A DNA stretch of 64,000 nt. Origin: a virus. A program made the position numbers and the translations under genes. Location: positions 35,810 to 99,809 of IMG/VR virus record IMGVR_UViG_3300034356_000609. One strand, written 5' to 3'. How positions within the stretch are numbered: the stretch's first letter is position 1; every line of letters starts with the position of its first letter. Below are positions 19,571-28,388 of this stretch, one piece after another. The notes below the pieces were generated by a model. That model saw nothing but the letters and a program-made list of their open reading frames with translations. It made no database searches and had not been told where the DNA came from.

Positions 19571-21232
19571 TTATTTACTTAGCTTCTCTTCCATTGCATT
19601 CTGCACTAACTTATCAATTTCAGCTTTAGGCTTATTAGGATAGATAGCTTTAAATCCAGCTTCTATTTCAGCTTTTGTCTTGGCTGCTTTTTGTTCTGGA
19701 GTTTCTTTTGCTGCAGTTGCTTTAGGAGCATTTCTTTGTAATACCTCAATTGTATTGCCACTCGCCATTACGTCAAAGATAGAACGAGTCAACAAGTCAC
19801 TTGCAGATGTTTCTACTCTACCAAGTCCAGAAGAACGATTTAATACAATCTTACTGTTTGTTGCCCCTCTAATAGCTGAATCATAAAATGCTTTAAGACT
19901 AGCCAACTCGGTAACATACTTGTTCTTATTAACTGCACTTAACTTCTTGGGGTCGATGTTATTGATTTGTGTAATAACATCGTCAATCTGTTGCTGTGGC
20001 GTTTTGGCAGGATCCAACTTAAAGTCCTTACTAAGTAAATTTGGAACCCCTTTAAGAATACCTAAACTTGAAGTACTTGCTACGTTGTAGTTTTCAATGT
20101 CATTCTCTACGGTAGCAGTTAATCTATCTTGTGCTCCTTCAGCATTAATCTGACTAATTTTATTTCTATGCTCTAGTCCAATAAGGAATACTTTGTCTTC
20201 CTTTAAGTCAACCTTTGTATTCTCATAGGCTAGCTTTTTAGAGAAGCCTGTTAAGAATCTTTTTGTAAACAAGTCAGTGTACTCACCTGCATCAAACTCA
20301 TCAGGATTCATTTCAATGTTTGTCTTGGTAGCGTTAATTACTGACTCTTGACTTTCTATAATGTTTTGAAGCTGACGGATACTTTCTTTTTGTGCTTCTG
20401 TCCTTTGGTTAGGAGGTATTGATTCTAAAGAAGACAAACCACCGAGTGCCTCTCTACGAGTTGTCTCTGCTAGTATCTTTTCCTGTTTGTTGTGTCCTAC
20501 CCATACTTGATATGCAGCTCCATCACCCATTCTATACATTTCAGCTTGTGCATGAATCTGTAGTTGGCGTTGTTCTGCTGGAGTCATTCCAAGCATTGCT
20601 CTCTCATAAATGTCTTGTTGGCGTTTACGAGTATACTCAACCTCTTTTAAGTATCCTTGCGGACCTTGTTCAATACGTTCAAACGTCTCTGCAGGAATTT
20701 CTTTTTCTGCATCAGCTAATTTCTTACTGATGTCTATGTACTGCTCGTAAGATTTATTTTGAACAATCTCAGTATCCAAACCTCCATTCTGAATGTACTC
20801 TTGTGCATCTTGCATGTATACAAGATCATTATCAGAATTACGTTTATCCTTAGCCATACCACTCAACTCTTTGGTACGTCGTTGATACTCCATACCATTC
20901 TTTAGAGCTATCTTAATGTACTTATCATTCTCTAGTGGTTTGCCTATGTTCATTACAGCTTCTACGTTGTTAATGTTTGCAAAGTCAAGTCCTGCGTTTT
21001 CGTTCACGTTCTTTACAAACTTACCCATCTCTTGGTCAAAGTACTTAAGTGCATTCTCGTTAACAATGGTACCACGTAACTGCTGATACTTATCTACCTC
21101 TTGCTTAATCTTTTGTCGGCCTTCATCGTACATCTCTTGCTTCTTTAAAGCAACTTTGATTAAGTCCTCTGCTGGTAGGGGACTTATATAATCATGAGAG
21201 ACAAATCTGGTATGTTGTGCTGAAATAGCCAT
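19571..21232 (-). CDS. Putative internal virion (cargo) protein
   Basis: 553 aa helical, Cys-free; N-terminus YISPLPAEDLIKVALKKQEMYD and position between cargo protein 1 and the giant genes fit crAss-like synteny. Confidence 0.65.
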   Translation of the reverse strand: MAISAQHTRFVSHDYISPLPAEDLIKVALKKQEMYDEGRQKIKQEVDKYQQLRGTIVNENALKYFDQEMGKFVKNVNENAGLDFANINNVEAVMNIGKPLENDKYIKIALKNGMEYQRRTKELSGMAKDKRNSDNDLVYMQDAQEYIQNGGLDTEIVQNKSYEQYIDISKKLADAEKEIPAETFERIEQGPQGYLKEVEYTRKRQQDIYERAMLGMTPAEQRQLQIHAQAEMYRMGDGAAYQVWVGHNKQEKILAETTRREALGGLSSLESIPPNQRTEAQKESIRQLQNIIESQESVINATKTNIEMNPDEFDAGEYTDLFTKRFLTGFSKKLAYENTKVDLKEDKVFLIGLEHRNKISQINAEGAQDRLTATVENDIENYNVASTSSLGILKGVPNLLSKDFKLDPAKTPQQQIDDVITQINNIDPKKLSAVNKNKYVTELASLKAFYDSAIRGATNSKIVLNRSSGLGRVETSASDLLTRSIFDVMASGNTIEVLQRNAPKATAAKETPEQKAAKTKAEIEAGFKAIYPNKPKAEIDKLVQNAMEEKLSK

Positions 21233-21239
21233 AGTTTAG

Positions 21240-24116
21240 TTATTTAGATTCTTCTGTAGTTGTAGTACTTGTAGTACTTGTAGTGCCTGTAGTAGCTGTG
21301 GTACTTTTTTTACTTTTGTCTTGTACTTGATTGTTGAACAACATCTCCCCCAAGTCTACTAAACTTGTAACAGTATCTGGCTTTACAGTAATAGCTCCCG
21401 TCTTACCGTCTACTTTATAATTCCTTACAAAGTTATTAATATACAATGCCTTACGATTCTCTTCTTGATTGTACATCTCACGTTTCTTAGCAGCAGAGTC
21501 AATCAATGCTTGACGCTGTGATGTAACAGCATCGTCAGCCTGTGCAATCAAAGTATTGTATACTTTATCTAAAGACTGCATGTCATATACATCTTCCTGC
21601 CAACGTGCTTGTGCATTGTATTGATCAGTAGCTGCTCTTTGTTGTGCATCAAAGTTTTGTTTCTCTGAGTAGATTCTTTGCTTTCCTCCTAAGGTTGCAA
21701 GTAATGCTGCGTTTGGATCTGCACCTGCATTAATAGCCGCCATATAAGAATTGTCAATATCTTGTAACTGTGGTTGTATATTCAATGTTTGAGGCATTAA
21801 GTATGGAGCTGTATAGTCCATAGGTTGATATGCAAACATCTGTGCCGAAGCCATCCCATACAATTCAGGTGCAAGTTGAGGGAAGTCAAAAGGAGCTTTT
21901 ACATACTCTCCTCCTGGACTTCCAGTTATTTTCTTATTAAACTCCCCACCACCGTCTTCAGTTTTAACACCCTCTTTTGGCTTTTGGGGTTTAATAGGTT
22001 CTTCATCTTCAAAGGCACTAATCTGACCGATAGTTGTATTACCACCCCATCTATCCACAGGAGAGATAGGAAGTCCCATCCATTGGTGATCTTGTAATCC
22101 TTCGGGAGCTACTCTATAACCTTTTAGTAATTCGGGTTTAGATTTTTTAACTGCAGCAAATGCCTTGTAAGACGCTTGGTAGTTTTCTGTGTAGTCGTGG
22201 TTAATCTCCGCATTCTCCAAAGTATAGATAGGATTACCTTTAGAGTCTTTACTTAATTTAGGTTGTTCTTTTAACCAAGGAATAAATGTAGATGCTTTAC
22301 CTGCTTTTACATCTGCCGCATACTGAGGAGATTCTACGTAGTCTTTAAATAACTTAGCCGTTTTAGCTTGAGCCATATTATCAAAAGCTCCCTTATCTAA
22401 AGCAGGATCAAACAAGTCTCCTTCTTTGCCAATGACTTTAAAGTAGTTTCTCATAGCTACCAAAGAGCTATTCCCTGACTCCATTACATCGACTAATTCT
22501 TCTGCACTACCTACTGCTAAATTTTTATTTTTTAACTGAGCCTGATAAGCAGACAAAAGGGTAGGTGTCAACTCTTCGTAGTGCTCGTTAAGACGATTAC
22601 GTACTAAGTTAAATACATCTCCTCCGTATTGGTCTCTATAAGATTTACCTTTAAATTCTCCTTGACCCTCTACGTAATAACTTCTACCACTGGCTGTTTT
22701 CTTTCTGTAGATAGAATTCTCATCGGCTCCATTACCTTTACTTACAGTTCCTGCACTAGTAACATCTGCCTGAGTAGCTCCTGCTTTAGCAGCCGTGTTA
22801 TTGGATTGCTGTAGCTGGTTATTAGTACTGTTTAAATCTTGATCTCCAAATAAAGTTTGATTCTTAACAAACTCTTTTGCTTGTTCTGGAGTTAATACCG
22901 AAGGAACTGCAGGTGCTGCAGAAGTAGTGGCACTAGGCATAACTGCAGAACCTGTATTTGGTTTTGCTTCCGTAGCTTTCTTTGCAATCTCAGCAGTTTT
23001 TTCCGCTGTATCTAACTTCTGCAAATGTTTAGTTAAGGCGTCTGCCTCTGCTGACTTAGCTTCTAACTCTACATCCCCTTGCATATACTCAGGAATAGTA
23101 TTTAAAGTTGCACTTTGGTTAGAGTATCCAGGGTTATTAAACATACCTTGGTTTAGGTAGTACTGTTGTTGTTGTTCGGGAGTCAACACGGCAGGTGCAT
23201 TAGGACCAAAGGTCGGAGCTCGGTTTACATTAATTAAACCTGCTTGCCCTTTTCTCATACTTTGTGTTTCTGCTTCTCCATTAGAGTTGCCGTTCTTGGC
23301 TTGTTGTATACCAAATAACTCTTGCAACTTTTTCATGTTCCTATCCATCATGATTTGTGCAGTATCTCTATCAACTGCTTTTGCATGTGGATTCTCCAAA
23401 GTCTCTCGGTACTTTGTTATATCATAACTCTTTGCCATTTGGGCAAAAGTTTTACTTGTACCAGGAACTTTTAAGTAGTCAGAAAATACAATAGTGCCCT
23501 GAGGCAGTACAAACTTTTCTCCACCCGAATGGTGCTTCTTACCACCTACTACGTAACTGTCTAGATTTGGAAGCATAAACATTTCACCTCTTTCTAGCTC
23601 AGCTTCCTCTGCTCCTGTCTGTGTGCCTGTACGCACTTCAGCACCGTGCTTAGCAAAAATTACAGATTGACTTCCAGGTCTTGCCATGTTTTCATACTCA
23701 TTAGGCATATACCTAGCTTGGTCATTTAAATTCTGAACTCTTTCAGTTAAGTTCATACGACCTTTAGCGTCATCTTGTACTCCTTTAATGTTAGATACTG
23801 CACCTACTCCTGCTCTTACATAGTTCCTCCAATCTCTTGGAGGTGTGATAGTTGGTGCTTCCTCTTGTGCTACTTCTGCCTTCTCATCAATGTTAACTGC
23901 CATAAACCCTTCAGGGTTTTCTCTAGTTACATTGGGAGTTTGCTCAGGGGTAGAGTAGTCATAAGGACTAGATTTATAGTTTAACTCCTTTTCTATACTT
24001 TGAGTTAAGTCAGGAATACCCAACATATCTGTTGGATTTTTAACTATAGGGTCAGTCTGATACTTCCTAAAAAGTGCCGTCTTTAAACCTTTAACTCTAT
24101 TTTTACCAGTATTCAT
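21240..24116 (-). CDS. Putative internal virion cargo protein (crAss-like cargo protein 1 type)
   Basis: 958 aa, Cys-free; AELERGE...GGKKHHSGG...IVFSD motif and Q/A-rich helical C-terminus; synteny downstream of the muzzle gene. Confidence 0.65.
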   Translation of the reverse strand: MNTGKNRVKGLKTALFRKYQTDPIVKNPTDMLGIPDLTQSIEKELNYKSSPYDYSTPEQTPNVTRENPEGFMAVNIDEKAEVAQEEAPTITPPRDWRNYVRAGVGAVSNIKGVQDDAKGRMNLTERVQNLNDQARYMPNEYENMARPGSQSVIFAKHGAEVRTGTQTGAEEAELERGEMFMLPNLDSYVVGGKKHHSGGEKFVLPQGTIVFSDYLKVPGTSKTFAQMAKSYDITKYRETLENPHAKAVDRDTAQIMMDRNMKKLQELFGIQQAKNGNSNGEAETQSMRKGQAGLINVNRAPTFGPNAPAVLTPEQQQQYYLNQGMFNNPGYSNQSATLNTIPEYMQGDVELEAKSAEADALTKHLQKLDTAEKTAEIAKKATEAKPNTGSAVMPSATTSAAPAVPSVLTPEQAKEFVKNQTLFGDQDLNSTNNQLQQSNNTAAKAGATQADVTSAGTVSKGNGADENSIYRKKTASGRSYYVEGQGEFKGKSYRDQYGGDVFNLVRNRLNEHYEELTPTLLSAYQAQLKNKNLAVGSAEELVDVMESGNSSLVAMRNYFKVIGKEGDLFDPALDKGAFDNMAQAKTAKLFKDYVESPQYAADVKAGKASTFIPWLKEQPKLSKDSKGNPIYTLENAEINHDYTENYQASYKAFAAVKKSKPELLKGYRVAPEGLQDHQWMGLPISPVDRWGGNTTIGQISAFEDEEPIKPQKPKEGVKTEDGGGEFNKKITGSPGGEYVKAPFDFPQLAPELYGMASAQMFAYQPMDYTAPYLMPQTLNIQPQLQDIDNSYMAAINAGADPNAALLATLGGKQRIYSEKQNFDAQQRAATDQYNAQARWQEDVYDMQSLDKVYNTLIAQADDAVTSQRQALIDSAAKKREMYNQEENRKALYINNFVRNYKVDGKTGAITVKPDTVTSLVDLGEMLFNNQVQDKSKKSTTATTGTTSTTSTTTTEESK

Positions 24117-24174
24117 TAACTTTAATTATTATTAACTTTATTAATTATAATATTTATATTTAAAAGTCTAAATA

Positions 24175-24204
24175 CAAATATAATTGATTAAGGAGAAAAA
24201 GCAA
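24175..24204 (-). promoter_or_regulatory. Bacteroidota sigma70-type promoter for the cargo/RNAP operon
   Basis: Minus strand TTG-N19-TATATTTG in an AT-rich intergenic gap upstream of 24116. Confidence 0.75.
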
Positions 24205-24212
24205 GTAATTAC

Positions 24213-24368
24213 TTAGCCCTGACCTCTTGAGAGCTTCTTGTAGTTTCTACTTTGTTTTAACTTAGAAGTTCTTGTCTTTGCATGAACTCCTGGTCTGTTG
24301 ACCTTAGGTTTTTCTTTAAACAAATTAGAAGTAGAAGTACTTTTAGATTTTGCTGCTTTAGTTGCCAT
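24213..24368 (-). CDS. Small basic protein (51 aa; absent from the ORF track)
   Basis: Hand translation MATKAAKSKSTSTSNLFKEKPKVNRPGVHAKTRTSKLKQSRNYKKLSRGQG; fills the gap with an A-rich leader; the RGQG ending resembles small basic proteins of aquatic phages (recognition from memory). Confidence 0.7.
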   Translation of the reverse strand: MATKAAKSKSTSTSNLFKEKPKVNRPGVHAKTRTSKLKQSRNYKKLSRGQG

Positions 24369-24390
24369 GTTGTTGTATATTAGTAAGTTA

Positions 24391-26346
24391 TCACCACTTT
24401 ACTTTATTAGCCCAGTATGCAGCTGAAGATTTACCTTTAGCTATATTCTTTGCGTGACGTGCTTTAAAAGATGCTGCACGCTTAGTATTAGTCCTGTCTC
24501 CTGTTACACCTGCTTGTCCGAAACGAATCAACTTGTAGTTGCCTCCAACCTTAGTAACTACTGCATGACTCTTGCCTCCACTCGTAGTTCTTTTAGGTTG
24601 GTCTACACCACTAAATCCCATCTTCTTGTACCGGTCTGGAAATTGTCCACCCTTCTTCATGTAATACATGTCTTTGAGTGTACCTCCACTTTCAAACTTC
24701 TTAACCTCTTGATTGAATATCTCCTTCTTTAAGTTAGTGGGTTGCATTGCTACTTGTCCTGTATTAGGATCTACTGCCTCTGTAAAAGTGTTAGACTTTA
24801 ACATAGGTTTAGCAGAAGGAGAGTCAAACATCATACGACCTGTTTGGTCTGCATATGAGTTAGGGTTAGAAGACTTGTAGTAATCGTATACAGCGTTTCT
24901 AGTCGGCAAGTCAGCTTTAGTAACTCCTGATTGATTTAGTTTTTGAATCTGTTGATTGTAATACTGTTCAAATTTAGGATCGTTACCATCTGCTGCGTAG
25001 GTATCTATAACCTTTGCTCCTAATGCCATGTATTTTTTAGAATACATATTTTTAGTATTACCTCCTGTTTTGTAAGCTAATAAAGGAGACAACAGCATAT
25101 GTTGCCCTGCATGACTAAATTGATGTTGTGCACCTTTACTTACTCCGCTACCAACTAAATTGCCTGCAGCACTTCCTGCTTTAGTTCTTCCAACAGCATT
25201 TGCTCCTCTACCTATAACTCCTTCAGAGATGTTACCAGCCTTACCTCTCAAAGCGGCCAATGCTGCTGTTTTACCTGCAGCTGATACTCCTTCTGTATAA
25301 TTACCTGCAGAAACTTCACCTGCCGCATTTGCTGCTCCTGAAACTAAACTAGCCCCAATACTTAATGGGTTTATTAAATCTACTGCTTTACCTACTGAGG
25401 ACTGCATTACCTTTTCAGTAACTGCCTTGCTACTAGCTAAGTTGCTAGCCATATTAGTTGCACCTACAGCCGCTGCTCCAGCAGTTCCAATATCAAATAA
25501 ATCAGTTACAACATTTCTATCACTGCTTGCGTTCAAGTAAGTACCAAAGCCTTCCATGTAATCCCCTATGTTTTGCATAGACACATCACCAGACTTAATT
25601 TTATTAAATGCAGCTTTACTTGTTTGTGTACTCGTAGGTACAAAAGAAGCAGCACGTGCCTGTTGATTAGCTTGAGACTGTCCAACAACCTCATCCATTA
25701 CTTGTTGGGAATCTGTCTTAGGAGCAGGACTACTTAGACCTAATGCTCTTCCTGCCTTTCTTACATTACCTTTTACTCTATCTAAAAAAGAACGTTTTCT
25801 TCTTATAGCCAAAGGTTCCATTCTTTCTATGTCGGTAGGTACTTCTTCTTTAGGGGCATTAGCAAATGCTGAGGCTTTAGAGAAATCAAATCCTGCTGTA
25901 CCTGCATTCATATTAGGCATACCTGTAGGACTAAATCCTCCTACTTGCATTTTGTAACCATACTTAGAAGCAGTTGCTTTAGCTTGACCTACATTGCCAT
26001 TAGCTGCAGCCATGAATCTAGCACGTGCAATATCTGCTGGCATCTTACCACCACTTTGCATTTTTGCCATCATAGCTTCTTGAAGTACTGATTGTCCTAT
26101 AGCAGTTTGAGGCATTAACCCACCCTCCTGCACATTAGACTGTATTTTAGCTTGAACGTAACCAGGTAAAGCCTCAAAGCCTGGATTGTTTATACCACCC
26201 TCAGCCATGTTTCTTTTAATCTTACGTTCTTGCTTAAGCATTTCTGCGGTAGGTTTCTTACCACTACCCCGATTTGCTCTAATGTTATCCCACAATCCTC
26301 TTTGAGAGTAAGAACCATCAGCCCGTTTTATCATTTGCTTTTTCAT
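24391..26346 (-). CDS. Modular basic internal virion protein with repeated [MFY]xxGG motifs
   Basis: 651 aa, Cys-free; short basic modules separated by MAEGG, VQEGG, MQSGG, MQVGG, YKTGG, FESGG, MKKGG; C-terminal module ...SFKARHAKNIAKGKSSAAYWANKVKW. Confidence 0.75.
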   Translation of the reverse strand: MKKQMIKRADGSYSQRGLWDNIRANRGSGKKPTAEMLKQERKIKRNMAEGGINNPGFEALPGYVQAKIQSNVQEGGLMPQTAIGQSVLQEAMMAKMQSGGKMPADIARARFMAAANGNVGQAKATASKYGYKMQVGGFSPTGMPNMNAGTAGFDFSKASAFANAPKEEVPTDIERMEPLAIRRKRSFLDRVKGNVRKAGRALGLSSPAPKTDSQQVMDEVVGQSQANQQARAASFVPTSTQTSKAAFNKIKSGDVSMQNIGDYMEGFGTYLNASSDRNVVTDLFDIGTAGAAAVGATNMASNLASSKAVTEKVMQSSVGKAVDLINPLSIGASLVSGAANAAGEVSAGNYTEGVSAAGKTAALAALRGKAGNISEGVIGRGANAVGRTKAGSAAGNLVGSGVSKGAQHQFSHAGQHMLLSPLLAYKTGGNTKNMYSKKYMALGAKVIDTYAADGNDPKFEQYYNQQIQKLNQSGVTKADLPTRNAVYDYYKSSNPNSYADQTGRMMFDSPSAKPMLKSNTFTEAVDPNTGQVAMQPTNLKKEIFNQEVKKFESGGTLKDMYYMKKGGQFPDRYKKMGFSGVDQPKRTTSGGKSHAVVTKVGGNYKLIRFGQAGVTGDRTNTKRAASFKARHAKNIAKGKSSAAYWANKVKW

Positions 26347-27758
26347 TTTTTCTTTTTCTTCTTATAAGTATCTTTTAAACTTACAGGACTAATACTAGCT
26401 ACTACTGTCCCGTTAACTCCTGGTATAGACATGCCTCCCATTTGCATTACTTTGGCAGCCTCCATAAAGTCGTCAAGACTATACTCTACATCCTCCTCCT
26501 CAAAATCATCTACCATTTGCTTTGCAATTTGTTTTCTATTGTTTTTATCTTTAACTCTTCTTAAAATATCAGCAATACCTTCCACCATCTCCTTGTCATT
26601 CTTTTCTTCATCTTCCTCATCTTCGATTTCTCCTCCCTCTTCAAAGGCATTCATATAACTTAATCCTATGTTATAGTTGCCAGGTTGATTTGCTTGTTTT
26701 GAGTAACTACCGCTAAGATTTATATTTCTACCAAGATCTAAATTGGCTCCTACGTTGTATCCTTGAACTGCTTGATTTTCTGCTTGAATGTTGCCAGAAA
26801 TGTTAAGACGGTCTTTAAGTAGATTCAATGAGGCTTCACCTTCGTAGGTCATTCCTGTTTTAGGATTATACTGTCCTTCGACATTATATCTTAAAGGACC
26901 TACCTGCCCTTGTATGCCTAAGTTAGCATCTACATTGGCTTGTAGTTGTAGTGGGTCAAGACCCTTAAGAGTAACTGCGTCTTTACCCTTGAACTCTGTG
27001 CCTCCGTAAACAGATAATATTTCTGGAAGTACTTGAGTATTAAAGTTTAACTGATTCAATATTTCTGAGTCAGACATTCTTCTACTTACACTAAGGTTAC
27101 TATCCTTACTTCTTAAGTTTAGTGTTTGACTGTTGGGGCTTACTCTTATACTTCCCTTAGGTAGATTTTTACTGTAAGATAAATTGTTAAGTAAGTTCTC
27201 ACTAGCATTAGTGTCAAAGGGATTGTAAGAGCCACTGTAGTTTAAATTACCTAACTCTGAGGGTAAAGCTACTCTGGAACTAAGATTGATTCCACTGCTT
27301 TTAATAGCTTCTAATACTTGAGGAGACAAATCGCCAACATTCTTTGTAGCGTCCATTTGCCTTAAGTATTGGTTTTGTATATCTTTTAAATCTGTGTCTA
27401 GGGACACGCCTTTAGGTATAACTTTAGACCTTTGGGTGTCTTTAGCCATGTACTCGTTTAATCTCTTTTGATAATCTACACCTCCCTGTTGAAACTTCTT
27501 AGTTTCGTAAACAGATTTATCGTTAGGAAAAGTATAATCTTTTCCTGGCTGCATGACTTTTGTAGTACCACTTTGCATACCAATACCCATTATAGGAGAG
27601 TTAAAGTAATCACTCTCTCCTTTGGGGCCTTTCATAGTAATGTTGTTTGAGGGAACTACTACATCTCCGTCTTGATACCACATGCCCTTAGCGTTGACAG
27701 GAGTTTTACCTCCTACCTTATACTTAGCCTTGTAGTGTTCAAATAAAGATGACTTCAT
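26343..27758 (-). CDS. Internal virion protein with amphipathic beta-strand region and xxxGG motifs
   Basis: 471 aa, Cys-free; N-terminal SNNITMKG...MQPGKDYTFP module, central alternating beta-strand region, acidic tail. Confidence 0.75.
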   Translation of the reverse strand: MKSSLFEHYKAKYKVGGKTPVNAKGMWYQDGDVVVPSNNITMKGPKGESDYFNSPIMGIGMQSGTTKVMQPGKDYTFPNDKSVYETKKFQQGGVDYQKRLNEYMAKDTQRSKVIPKGVSLDTDLKDIQNQYLRQMDATKNVGDLSPQVLEAIKSSGINLSSRVALPSELGNLNYSGSYNPFDTNASENLLNNLSYSKNLPKGSIRVSPNSQTLNLRSKDSNLSVSRRMSDSEILNQLNFNTQVLPEILSVYGGTEFKGKDAVTLKGLDPLQLQANVDANLGIQGQVGPLRYNVEGQYNPKTGMTYEGEASLNLLKDRLNISGNIQAENQAVQGYNVGANLDLGRNINLSGSYSKQANQPGNYNIGLSYMNAFEEGGEIEDEEDEEKNDKEMVEGIADILRRVKDKNNRKQIAKQMVDDFEEEDVEYSLDDFMEAAKVMQMGGMSIPGVNGTVVASISPVSLKDTYKKKKKK

Positions 27759-27997
27759 TACTTCTTCATTTTAGACAATGTCTTTGCAAGTTGTGCTCGC
27801 TTTACTGTAGTAGAAGAAAAACTCTCTTTATTAGCAAGTACTTTATTTCTAAAAGCAGCCGTAGACATACCTGCTCTTTTAGCTTGTGCAGTAAATGAAC
27901 CTGGCTTCTTAATAGCATCTTTAATCCAGCTACCACCTTTCTTCATCTTTATGCCCGACTTAGCATAATAAAGTTCCTGTAGTTTTGAGTTATTCAT
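27758..27997 (-). CDS. Small basic protein
   Basis: 79 aa, KMKKGGSWIKDAIKKPG...RAQLAKTLSKMKK; stop/start overlap with the next gene. Confidence 0.75.
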   Translation of the reverse strand: MNNSKLQELYYAKSGIKMKKGGSWIKDAIKKPGSFTAQAKRAGMSTAAFRNKVLANKESFSSTTVKRAQLAKTLSKMKK

Positions 27998-28010
27998 CGT
28001 ATTTAAGCAA

Positions 28011-28388
28011 TTAACTTAGTGTAAGCAAATATAATGTCTTATTGATTAAAGCGATTAACTCATCTATAAGATTTTGTACATCAGTTCTATCCATACCAAA
28101 CACAATTCTATGCTTCTTTATGTAGTCTTTAAACTGCTTTAGGTGCGTCTCAGGATTCATGTAATCAGAAGCAGGGATTTTAAAGTTTAATCTTTTGCCA
28201 ATACATCCAAAGTACACTTCTGCTATCTCATCGGTAAGTTCTAGAACTCCTTCGTAATACTTTTGTAACGTATTATGTTGGGCATACGAAGTAGTTTGAA
28301 AATGTGCAATATGCATCATATCTCTAGATTGAAACATCTGTCCTAAAACCACTTCGGGTTTCATAGAACTTATCAATTCTGGTGTCAT
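28011..28388 (-). CDS. Dps/ferritin-like four-helix bundle protein
   Basis: HIAHFQTTSYAQHNTLQKYYE...DEIAE pattern matches Dps-like ferroxidase ligands; C-terminal NLIDELIALINKTLYLLTLS. Confidence 0.75.
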   Translation of the reverse strand: MTPELISSMKPEVVLGQMFQSRDMMHIAHFQTTSYAQHNTLQKYYEGVLELTDEIAEVYFGCIGKRLNFKIPASDYMNPETHLKQFKDYIKKHRIVFGMDRTDVQNLIDELIALINKTLYLLTLS

